This document shows positions 53,301 to 64,000 of a stretch of 64,000 bases of DNA, one piece after another. The DNA is from Acanthaster planci (Eukaryota): contig NW_019091356.1 of NCBI RefSeq assembly GCF_001949145.1, positions 3,454,934-3,518,933 of the forward strand. The letters are read 5' to 3'. A program made the position numbers and the translations under genes. Every line of letters begins with the position of its first letter. Position 1 is the stretch's first letter. Under the pieces are notes generated by a model that worked only from the letters and a program-made list of their open reading frames with translations, was not told where the DNA came from and searched no databases.

Positions 53301-56300
53301 CTCTCTACTGAGAGTTGCCCCTTGACGTCATGGAGCAATAGAGGATCTCTCCGGGGTCGATGACAGCATGCATAAAAAACCCCGAGCTGGAGACCGGGTG
53401 TGCAAGATCACACGTTTTGTTTACAAGGGGGTACTGACTGCTGGCTTTAATGCGTTGATGCACCGGACGGATGTGGACGGGCACTCGAGGGAAAGGACAG
53501 GAGGGGCTAAGGGGGGGGGCCCTTCGAGGGGAGGAGAAGGGGGGAAGGGAGGGAAGGGGGAGGGGAGTAGGTCAGGATGGGGAAGGTTTTATCATGACGG
53601 CAAAAAATTTACCAGAAAATGAGCCCCAGAGGATGACACAGCCATTCTTCTATTTTTAACGACACGATTTTTGACCTGGATGGAAAGAAGAAAAAGCTCT
53701 CTGCAGACCCCTGGAAATGTCATGACCACAGTACAAAATGTTGAAAACGGATCAAATAACGGAAATGACAGAAGATTCTTAAAAATCTGAAATACTACTA
53801 GAACAAGAAAAATATCACGCCTGATTTAATTCAGACAAGGGCATGACACCAACATTACAAAAATGTCCTTGATGACTGAATTTAGGAGCTCTGTAACCAT
53901 CAATACTATAGTTTATCTCTGTAGTTCTCAGTTTTGTCCTCGGTGATGGCTTCATGTTTTTATTTCCTAGACCTGTGTCTTGAAGAATCTGGCTGAAGGA
54001 AGGTCCCTTTTTTCTTCAGAAATATCAAATTCTTCAGCTGACATTTCTGTAGATTTTTAATGTCTTTCGTACCCCTCTATGATCCTTAAACATCCACCAG
54101 GTGGTTCGGGGAGAAATTATTTTGAGATTTAATAGGGAATTACATCTAGATCCCTGTCAGAAGTACTTCATAGGGGGCTTGATGCCATACCAAACGTACA
54201 GAGAGTGTCCTGGGTAGCAGATTATTGCAGGAAGGATTCGGGAGGGTTTGAAACGGAATACCAAGGGTAAAAGATCCCTCGACTGGCTGTGGACATAAAG
54301 ATGAAACCAAAGCCTGAGAGGGCATCATAGTTTGGAGACAGACTTCATCTGGCCTTCTTCCACCTGCACAATCTCCTTCATCTCCTCTCCTATAACCTTT
54401 CATTCCCTGAGCCATAAAACAGGGAAGAAGAAACAGCAATGTCATTAAAGTAGCTTTGCAATGCAGGCCGTTACAGACCTTGCGCAGCAAAAAAAAAATC
54501 TGTTCTCCAAATACTTGTTAAATCTGATTTCTTAATCTCTGCCTTCGTCGGTGCATTTAGGAAACACTCAGGGTGAACTATGGCAGACCTGTGTGGCTCT
54601 GTGATTGCCGTAGAATGGTACGTCAGGTCCGAGATACTAGTCGCCGTGTGTGGGGGGAGAAACAAGGCCATTCTGGAGGAATACATTGCTAATGCGTAGA
54701 GCAAACATGTACTACAAGGGTGTCAAACACTCCATCAAGATGGCCCTCTCAGGCAGAGGACAGGCTCTCCCCTCTCTCGACAGTCGATGCAACCAGCTGC
54801 AGATCCTCAAGTTTGACAACTTCCGATGTGCCGCTCCTGGCTTTTCACTCACCCAAAAAAACGGCGATCTCGACGATCTTTCAGCAAAAGCTACGCACCG
54901 GAGAAGAAACTCATCCAGGGGCTGCTATGCAAGACGTACTGAGACACAGCCCCCCCTCCCCCCCTCCCCAACAGCCACACTCTCCACCCCCGGCGGCAAT
55001 TTTTCAATCTTAGACGAGATTGGCAAGTCGACATAAGGAGACAGCTCCCTCGGGCACCGATGGAGGTGTCCAATTACACATCATCTCTATCACTCTGCCA
55101 ATGACTGCTACATGCTTCGATTGCCAAGCGATATTGCTCATATTTCTCAACTTACCTTCACTGTGACTTTTTAAAGGCAAACTGTCAGATATCTCTTTCC
55201 AGGGACCTTAAAATTTTCACCCTTTTTCCTTTGTCCACTTTCAAAGAGCTGAATTTTAACAACTGCAGTTTGCTATCTTCCTGCTCGATGTTTTTTTCTA
55301 CTTTTATGTTTTATACGACAAATGGAGGATTCTCCCTGAAGCAACTGACAGGAATACTTATTGAAATTCTATTTTTGCACCGGTGAAAAGCCAGTGAGGG
55401 AGTAAGACATTCCTCAGGCTTTTGATGGGGCATGAACCTGTGACCTCGCTGGCTTTTGTGGAAATCTGGCGCAAGCAAAAAATTGCCCCCGTCTGCCTAA
55501 GTGATTCTGCTCCTGACTGCCCGTCTCTCAACAACTTACATGTTAGTGCTGGGTCTGTGATGTACATACATGTACATGTAATTACATATTCACATGTCTC
55601 TCTGATCAACGCACCAAAAGGGAGACGACAGTGGTTTTCCTACACAGAAACAAAAACGTTATGCATTTGCAAATCCTAAAAGAGCAGCTTCCCGTGCAAA
55701 CCAAGATCCACATGTTCTGCATCAGTTTTAATCTCTTCTACAGCTGCTACAAGGTAGGTGTGCATGTGACATGTACAAAAAAAATTTGCTTCCGCTGATT
55801 TATAATTAACATTCATAAATCAGCGTAAGCAAATTTGTACAAAAATTATTTACAATATTTACAAAAGATTAACATTATACCCCATATCATGTTAATCTTT
55901 TTCACTGCATAGCAGATTTTGACAGGCAATTTCAATTACAAATTTTTTTTGGGGGGGGGTTCAAATCAAGAGAACCTGTGTATAGAAGACACCATGCTTA
56001 TGTCCAAGTTTTGGACAGCTGTTAACCATTGATGGTTAGAGCTGTGGTGTATTCTAGCTGCATCTTTGTTGCCAACAGGGTCCAAACAACATGACATTTC
56101 ACGCAAGACCTTTCCCGGCATTTCTGACGTTATCGGCCTTTGAGACGAAGAGGAAAGTAAAAAAACAAAAAGAAGTACACGGATGAACCCTTCCACCCCC
56201 CCCCCAGCCTCGGGGAATTTTTTTTGAGGAGGCCATGGCTTGGCGAGCATCTTCGCACTTGATCACTCAAGCGGTCAAGGATATGCCTCAATGGGGGGGG

Positions 56301-59300
56301 GAGTAGACAGTGAGAGAAATACCCTTCTCATAAGCCTCGGCCGATCTCCCCTGACACAAAACACATGGTTTGGTGATTGCAAAGACTAATAATGTCCCCC
56401 TCCCCTGCTCCAGGAAACGGAGGGAAAAAAGAAGAGTCGCCGATGCGGAGCGTTATTGCTCAGGAAAACACATCTGGGGCGATGCATTGCAAAAAAGGGG
56501 AAGCCGTTATTAAGTCGCTGTCCGAAGGGCCCCTCAGTCCAGCGCGACTTGTGAGCACTCTCTGCATATCATGCTCTGAATGTATAATGACAAACACGCT
56601 TCCTTAACCCCCCCCCAAAAAAAACAAAAAAATGAAGTCTCTCAGTAGAAGAAAAAACAGAGCATAGTTTCTAATCATTCCTGATTCAGTTCACAGCACT
56701 CTCTTGACAACCCAGCTACACTTGCAGAGTGCATTTACAGAATAACAGGCTTCAAGGTTGGCAAGAAAAGCTTTAAGCAGCTTATATAAAGAAGTGAATA
56801 TTGCACAGTGAAGGTACTACAATTGCCTTTGTAAACTGCTCCTGGTTTTTAAATACAAAACAAGCATGACATCAATTGAATATACACTGTGTGTGCATAT
56901 AAAATGAACGAGCCAAGACCATCTGTAAGAAAAAGGACTCTGACAAATGTCCAGAAATAAACAAACAATTGAAGACAATTTATAAATACTCCACTATTGT
57001 AAAATAGCTCCGCAGTGTAATGGCGCCTGATACACCACACATTATACACCTGCTGTTTGGGTGCTGATGGTTCAAGTATGAGAACTACTTGCGACATCTG
57101 TAGAATTCAGGTGAATTTCTCTTAGGGTTTGCAGTCGGAATTGGTGTCATTTTTTTCATTGAAAGTGTGAGTGCATCCACATCACTGTCCGGCGGCCCCG
57201 CGGTGAAACTTAGTACACAGAATGCCAAGCCAGCATGCAATGCACACGCATGCACGGCCCGGCTGCTGTCAACCGCAAACTGGACACTATATCCCATCTG
57301 ACAGGCTTCTGAAGTGTCTTGTTTTCCCATTTTAATCATTCATGAAGAGGGCCAAATTCAGCCCCCCCCCCACTAAAAAAAGAAAAACCACAGAGAGAAG
57401 AGAGAAAAACAGAATTCAGGAATCTGTTCGGTGCAGCTTTCCGCCCACCCACCTTTCTTCAAAAACAGCCACTGTACATGCAAAGGCCGCTTTCTTTTTT
57501 TTCTTCCTTCGGAGCAAAGCATGATCGTTGACCCACCCTTGTGGATCACTTGTTTTTAGAGCGTACTAGAATTGCGGTGTCGTTTAGAAGTGGTTCTCAA
57601 CTGTGTTTCATACATCACGTCAGAATTTAGCCGTCCCCCATTTGCATGTGCACAGCATGCAAATCATTTGGTTTTTTAGTACTACTGCACGGGGGAACTT
57701 CAAAATATTTTCAAACGCTAATCACTCAGAGGCAGGAATAAATACCAAACCTAGTCTGATTTGTGGCTCCTTCCACACACATGATGAGACTTGTTCTCAA
57801 CGCTGATTCATCTCAGTGTGTTTGTTGCAATTAAGCACCGTTGCAATTTGTTATCGTAGTTTTGGGGAAAGAAAACATTTCATATCCAATCATATCTGCT
57901 TCTGATCTTGGAGACTTTGACAGGACAGTGGGAAAGACCATCCTCTTAATTTTGGGGACCTTTTGTGACACGTTTGAGAGCCCCACAAATGTAAACTGGT
58001 ACTTGATCTCTTTGAAATCAGCATTTTGGGATCGATATAGGGGCAAACGAAACAACGGAAACAAATGTTCAAACTCAGAGGACTGATGACAGCGAACGCA
58101 GTCCAACTTCCCACAGGAGAGTCCAATAAGCTGTCTCATCACTTCCTAATATAGGCAGGCAAAGAAAAGCTCCTCAAAAATTCCAGCTAAAAAGTCGCTG
58201 GGCTGTGGTGGTGGTGGTGTGTTTTTGCAATTATCTGCCGGGTGATGCATACATGTAGAACATGTCTTGGTGACAAGTGAAGACACTGAAGATGGACGAC
58301 GTTAAGCAGTTTAAGCCCATGGGGATTTCGTTTTTTGGAGATCACGGTGTTCTGCTGGTTGGAACCATCTGTGTTAGTACTAGGGATCCTCTTTATAGTA
58401 TGCTCAAAATTAATTTCCATACAGAACTCCATACTTTGGATTTCCCTGCGTAGTGCCACATCTCCATTATCCAAAGTGCAATCTATGACTTCATCAATTT
58501 GGAATTCTGTATGAAGGTTCCGTACTTGAGAACATACGGGACCTTTCAATTTATAGACCATGCATTATGAATATTTAAATATTTTCACTGGGCAAATTCG
58601 TCATGTCTAACAAAAGGACTATGTACACAATAAGAGTGATCTACCATTTGTGCAGGCAACACACAACGTACAGGGTACATGTACCATCAGAAAAATCTCA
58701 CTTTCTCGTTCAAATAGCGTCAGAGGTGTACCTTGCTGTTTAATGTTACAGGCGGAGTATAGCCTATGCAGAAATTTAGCAAAACTCTCAACCCTGGAGG
58801 AAAACATAAACATCATAAATTTGCGGCACGCATCAGCGGATTGTATGAAGCGGTTCTGGAGTGATAAATGGATGGGTCTGCAAAACCCATTAGGATGCAT
58901 GACACTCTATGTTAATCAGCATACGTGCAGTCTGGCAAATAGCTCTCATTTCAGAAATGTGAGGTCTTCTTTTTCTTTGGTAGGATGCGAGTATGCCTGT
59001 CCACTCAGATTACCAAAAACTGCAGAACATATGCACCCACCCCCCCCATCGAGAGTGTTTTGACAAAATTGATTGCTAATTTGGAATTTCTTTGTGGATT
59101 TTCAAAGCCAACGGTGAGATTGCTTGTATTGAATGTACACTGAAGCTCAACACACTTGATGGCTTTCCCAGCCCTTTTCCCCTCCCCCAACTTTCCTAAC
59201 TTAGAAAGAACAAAGCAATCTAGTGGAGGAGTTTGCTGGGTGAGTCACACTGAAAATAATCACAAATTTTAATCAAGCCGCGCCGGCCTTGCGTTGCGCC

Positions 59301-62300
59301 GTGCGTGACGCCGTGTGACGAAAACCGTTGATTTGAAACTCTGTCCGGTGATTCAGGAGTCTTAAATCATGAAACAATCCCCCGCGTCCCCCCTTTTTTT
59401 TCCCGGCCGGGTCTGAAGAAGTCTCCCTGAAAAACAGGGAGACAAACTGCTGAAAGAAGCGAGAGTCTGCAAGGCGCCGCAGGCTCATTGGTTCCAGGGA
59501 GTCAGATTTCAAGGAAAAAAAAATCCTCGCTTTCTGAGTCAGCGGGACTGTGACCAACACACTTTGGGCCAGCAAGCTCCATCCTTCATGAGTACATATC
59601 AGCGCTCCGAGAGAATTGATTCAATAAGTTTCCTCTCCATCTTGTCCACAACTCTTTGTGCTTCAATTTATCAATCAATAAACAAGGGACCTTTTTCTTC
59701 CCCAGGAGGTTAAGGACGCAGGATGTACAAGAACTTGTGTCAGTATCAAACAAAAATATTTTTGGGGGGGTGCGGAAGAAATTGTCATTCTGGCCTACAG
59801 TGGCCTGTTCACATGCACGCTTGTGCGCAGTTACACCGGCTTTGAAGTTGGTACAATGTCAGCTGCTACATGCTACTTCTCGCTGCTCGCACTGTAAATT
59901 GAAAAAAATCAATTAACGGAGGCCTCTGTGCACAGCCAGTGTGTGCACCAGACGGGCCAGCCCTGTCAGATGCCCGGCAATGTCACTTTCATCAAGTAAT
60001 TACCGGCTTTAGATGCGGGGACGTTTTGGTAATCAGACGAGATGCCAGCGATGGGCTATAAACAAAGGCACTCTTAGTCAATCTCTGGGGCGAGCTGCGG
60101 TTTGTTCGGCGGGGATCAGTGGATGAAAGATGCATGGAGACTGGTGGACAAGGAAAAAGTAAATAACTGGGAGGGATTCATAAAGAAGTCCCCCCCCCAA
60201 AAAAAATAACACAAGATGTAAGAATCCTTCTGGTAAAATTAGCTCATTTATCATGGCGTTTATGAAAAAAAAATGATGCATGACAATGCACTTTCTGCCG
60301 GCCGTTGGAAATGAACAGAATGTAATACACATTTTACGTTCCTCTTTTGTCAGTGCTTAGGTTTTGCATCTGTTTACCATCAATAACGAAACCTGACCAG
60401 GAACTTTGGCAGCTGCTTTTGGAGGCTTTTTCTTCTTTCAGTTTTGGTTTCATTGCTTGCATCTGACAGCGTGCAGAGTTTTGTATATTTAAGATGTACA
60501 TCATGTTTGTTTGTTTGTTTGTTTTTTCGCCACTCTCATCCGAGCGATTGTTTGTCGAGGTAACACAGCATATTCTATTGCTGTTCTGTTCTTCAAGTCT
60601 GACATTGATTCCTGAGGCATTGTTTGTAAAGCACCTTCTGGAATCCTTTGAACTCAGGAATCTCATGCCAAAGTCCTTGTACTTCAACATCCAATGCACC
60701 ATCCTCCATCCTACCAATCCCTCCAAAACCTCTAGGTAGATTTGGAAATGTGGAAGGGTTTCAGGAGAAAAAAAACCAACACACAAAAAAAAACGTGGAT
60801 CACAGAACTTTGTTGGTTCGCTGCTTGGGCTACCAGATTCCATTACAAATCCACACACTGCTGTTGTGGGATTTTGTTGGACTCTGCAACTTGCTACAAT
60901 CAAATCAGAATGGGGTTGGGGTCAACACCTTTCTAGCAGAGAAGTTGCGGGCAAGGTTTGACAAGCGCTCACTATAAATTTCCCCCCGTCCTCTTATTTG
61001 TATCGCACGCTCTGAAAGGAGCCACCAACTGCACTTTTCAACTTCCCTTTCAGGCGTACGCCAGCACCATCAGGTTACCCAAAGGCATCATGACACAATC
61101 TCAAAAGGGGAGAACCTACGCAGGAGGATTTTCCTGATTAGGAGTGAGTTGTGAAATCACTGGCCTTCAGAACGTAACGGCTACCGCACGAAATCCCCCT
61201 GTGTCTTACGGCATGCACGCACCTTGGGCATTGGTGTCTGAGTAATGGGGAATTTCCAACTACAATTCCCCGAGTGTGATCGCGAAAAGGTAAACAGATG
61301 GGGGTCAACACATAACAAACGGAACAGAAACTGTCCTGGCAAAAATAACTTCTCTAAAGCTGACTGACAAGGTCAAAGAAGTGCACTCTTCTGTACAAAC
61401 TTTTTAAAAATGGAGCATTTCCAAATGCTGAAGGTTTCTTAATTTCACAGAAACCTTCAAAAAACAGGCAGTAAAACTATACTGCCCACTATATCAGCTT
61501 CCTAAACCAATAAATCTTTCAGCAAACTGACACACAGTGTTCTGTCAGCATTTTTTTTATGTGACAGCTTGACTTTTGGTAATTCCGAAAGTAGTGGCCT
61601 TATCCCACTGGAATCTGGACAGAGTTTGACATGCGGAGTCAGTTTTGACAAACTGTACTGCATGGGGACAATTTCACCGACAAGCACCCCAAGGATCAAG
61701 CTTTTTCCAAGCTTTCTGAGGACGATACTGTCTGATCTCTACAGACCTTTCCCCGTTGCTTACATGTATGAGAAGATTGCACTGTCAAACTCTTAACCAC
61801 AGGATTTTCTTGAAGCATAAAGCTTTCGTACTCCGGCTAGAATTGCATTGATCACATACTTAAACAGATCCAAAAATCGGAAATGGCCACGGGGGATTTA
61901 CACTTACTGTCATTTGTCTCACACGGCGAGAAATCAACGATGTTGGAGAAATGGCCGTCGCTGACGTAGCAGTGGCCGACCGGTTCCCGCTCGTCATCCT
62001 TCATATCTGCAGTGTAGAACCACGTGTACCGGGGAGCACATGCCTGAAGTTTACATGCGCCGAGTCAACCAATGGGAGGGGAGGGATTGGAAATTAAATA
62101 AAAACTGGTTAATTATCACAGCCGACGGTGGGGATTTGGGCGGGAAAAGCGGGGAAATTGGAACAAATGGCATGAGGTAATTGGAAATTGACACCGAACA
62201 GGAGGAAACACCGAACGGGAGGAACAAATCACGGATGGCGATAATTCTCACAGCAGCTAATAGTACATCTAGAAAAATGGAGGTTGGCAGTTATTTCACT

Positions 62301-62709
62301 CAGTGGTCAGATCTGGAACCAATTTCCTCCCCTCCCCCCAAAAAACCCCCCAGATTAATCACCTTCACATGGACGCAAGTGCCTAAAATTCAAAGCAACT
62401 TGCCGGGGGGGAAACAATGTTACCTTTTTGTCAGATTTGCACGTTAGGCAAAACATCAGCTGCATAAATCCTAGTGCCTAAACCGAATCACGGAAGAAAT
62501 GGGTAAGGTCCAATTAATAGTCAGCTAAAAGTGGAAGGTGTTGGCAACTTTGTGTGTACCGGTAATCAGGGCTTGGGGAACTGATCCAGAAAAGAAAATA
62601 AACTAACTCACCACTACCCGGCCATCCGGGCCGGCGCTTTTCAGCGATGCGCCAAACCACTGGTGCGATTTGTCAGCAATCTGTCCTCCTCTGTCATCGA
62701 CAGTGTGAC
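32394..62709 (-). CDS. Integrin alpha chain, no I-domain, RGD-binding PS2/alpha5/alphaV/alpha8-like class; 5'-partial (about 923 codons in window)
   Basis: 27 phase-consistent exons: 62709-62612, 62043-61908, 51212-51148, 48931-48889, 46283-46197, 43583-43495, 42706-42600, 41047-40945, 40292-40190, 40008-39911, 39444-39351, 38719-38674, 38353-38249, 38130-38075, 37674-37520, 37301-37167, 36650-36586, 36421-36274, 36055-35972, 35579-35500, 35283-35191, 34826-34724, 34603-34442, 33949-33722, 33309-33208, 32758-32639, 32459-32394. FG-GAP repeats (QWFGAS, ACAPRY, CQAGFS, YVVGAP, VIVGAP, VAIGAP), Ca loops DFTGDG/DVNNDG/DVNQDSYND/DMDKNKYPD, RSRPV, CVPDL, RKRR cleavage site, RLWNNT, TM helix and KCGFFKR tail. 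Confidence 0.96.
38944..39130. mobile_element. PIF/Harbinger-like MITE in an integrin intron
   Basis: TAA|AGGCCGGTTCATACTT ... AAGTATGAACTGGCCT|TTA: about 16-bp TIRs with TWA flanks and weak internal palindromy. Confidence 0.65.
47138..47408. mobile_element. About 270-bp foldback (MITE-like) element in an integrin intron
   Basis: Nested inverted pairs CGGCGCAAGATGG/CCATCTTGCGCCG, CATGGGTGCCA/TGGCACCCATG and CAGGTGCAGGTGCC/GGCGCCTGCACCTG. Confidence 0.65.
50241..50280. repeat. (CT)n(CA)n microsatellite
   Basis: Direct reading; shorter (CT)n runs at about 31569-31585 and 48848-48865. Confidence 0.85.
55772..55841. repeat. 70-bp hairpin/palindrome
   Basis: AAATTTGCTTCCGCTGATTTAT / ATAAATCAGCGTAAGCAAATTT (21/22 match), with TGTACA at both ends. 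Confidence 0.7.
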
Positions 62710-64000
62710 CTGCATACAAAGTGAAAATGCTTTCACCTTGAAAGTTTGCTCACATTTGGAATCTGTGTATTTTTTTGGGTTTTTTTTGCGTTTTGAGGAA
62801 ATCTAACATCTAAATGTACTATACAGGACATCCAGTCATGCCACCCTTTGCAAGTGAACAAGTAAAGCAGAGTGCACAGCCTATTCAAATAATAAGGGAA
62901 TAAATATGTGCTTAGCCGGTCTTGAACGTGCATTTGAGACCGGCTCAGGAGAATGGATGCGACTAATGCCTAAGCTGCACGTATTTATGCCCCCATTCAT
63001 AAATACCTTTTTATTCAGAGAGTCAAAAGAAGTCAACATGTGATGGATTTCCAATGATTTTGTTCAAAAATTTACTTTCATTTTCTCCTACACCCCAGTC
63101 CATTTTATGGTACATTCCTTTTGAAAGTTGCCCAATAGAATCCCCTTCAAATGAACTTGGCACGTGTGTTGCACGTCGATCATGCATCACGTGTACACAG
63201 ACTCCTGACCAATCAGACCCGATTAAACTCTCGTATCCATGTTCTAGCTCATGATTTACCCAACGGACATTATCACTTTTAAGAGGGCATAATCAAATGT
63301 TAATTAATACACGGTCACGTGACATGTTTCGACCAATAGGAATAAAAAAAATGTCTAAGGTATTTATAAATACACATTAAATGTGCCTTATAAGCTCATG
63401 AACAGGTGTCCACAAAAGCAAAATTACTTGAGTTTATAGATGGTCCTACCGTGAATTTCAGTATAGTTTTATTCCCAGAACATTTTCTTTCAAGTATTTA
63501 AATGCAAATCAACTGCATTAAAAAATTAAGGTCAAATCTTGAAACTGTGTCTTCACGTGCCCGCCTCACACCCAAACACAATCAAACCCTGGCAGCACAG
63601 GACGGGTTGTGCAAATTCTAGCGCCGCCTGATTTGGTTTGGCTGCGACCCGGCAATGCCAAATGTTTTTTCAGGGATCAAACCTTGCCGGAAGCACCTCT
63701 GTCTGACCCACTTTTGACTGAAGAATTGGACGGCTCTCTCAATTTCCCCCAAAAAGCCTGCCTGGCACGCATGGCACGAGGCCTTGCAAATATTCTCTAT
63801 TGTGAAGTCAACAAGAGCGACAACAGAAAACCCAAAAGCCCAAGGTCTCACTGCTGAGGTCACAGAAATTGCTTGTTCGCTGATGCTCGGAAATCAGATG
63901 ATCTGATTTGTACTCATCAATGGGAGTTCATCTTTAACTGATTTACCAGTGCAAAAAAACAGAAATGAGCCACACGGTTTACTTACAAATATCACAATAA

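Noticed and set aside
60334..60903. 189-aa minus-strand ORF in the large integrin intron
   Set aside because: No VWA/MIDAS or other motif; includes simple repeats and has no convincing splice boundaries.

Overview
Intron-rich metazoan genomic DNA, probably an invertebrate deuterostome such as an echinoderm (inferred from gene content and repeat style). Most short six-frame ORFs are noise; the gene models below were assembled by hand from GT-AG exons with matching phases. (1) A + strand 12-exon, 573-aa Ser/Thr kinase of the NIK/Tpl2 (MAP3K14/MAP3K8) family with a degenerate C-lobe (3752-10748). (2) A convergent - strand paralog with a recognisable NIK-type C-terminal domain and an atypical catalytic loop HRDVYPSN (23431-15807); its predicted 3' UTR holds a dense strand-specific cluster of Pumilio elements. 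(3) A repeat block: a probable solo LTR at the 5' end of kinase 2, a 260-N gap, a decayed LINE RT fragment and about 25 copies of a 98-bp satellite. (4) A 5'-partial - strand integrin alpha without an I-domain (RGD/PS2-like class), 27 exons, 62709-32394. Several small palindromic MITE-like elements are scattered through introns and intergenic DNA.
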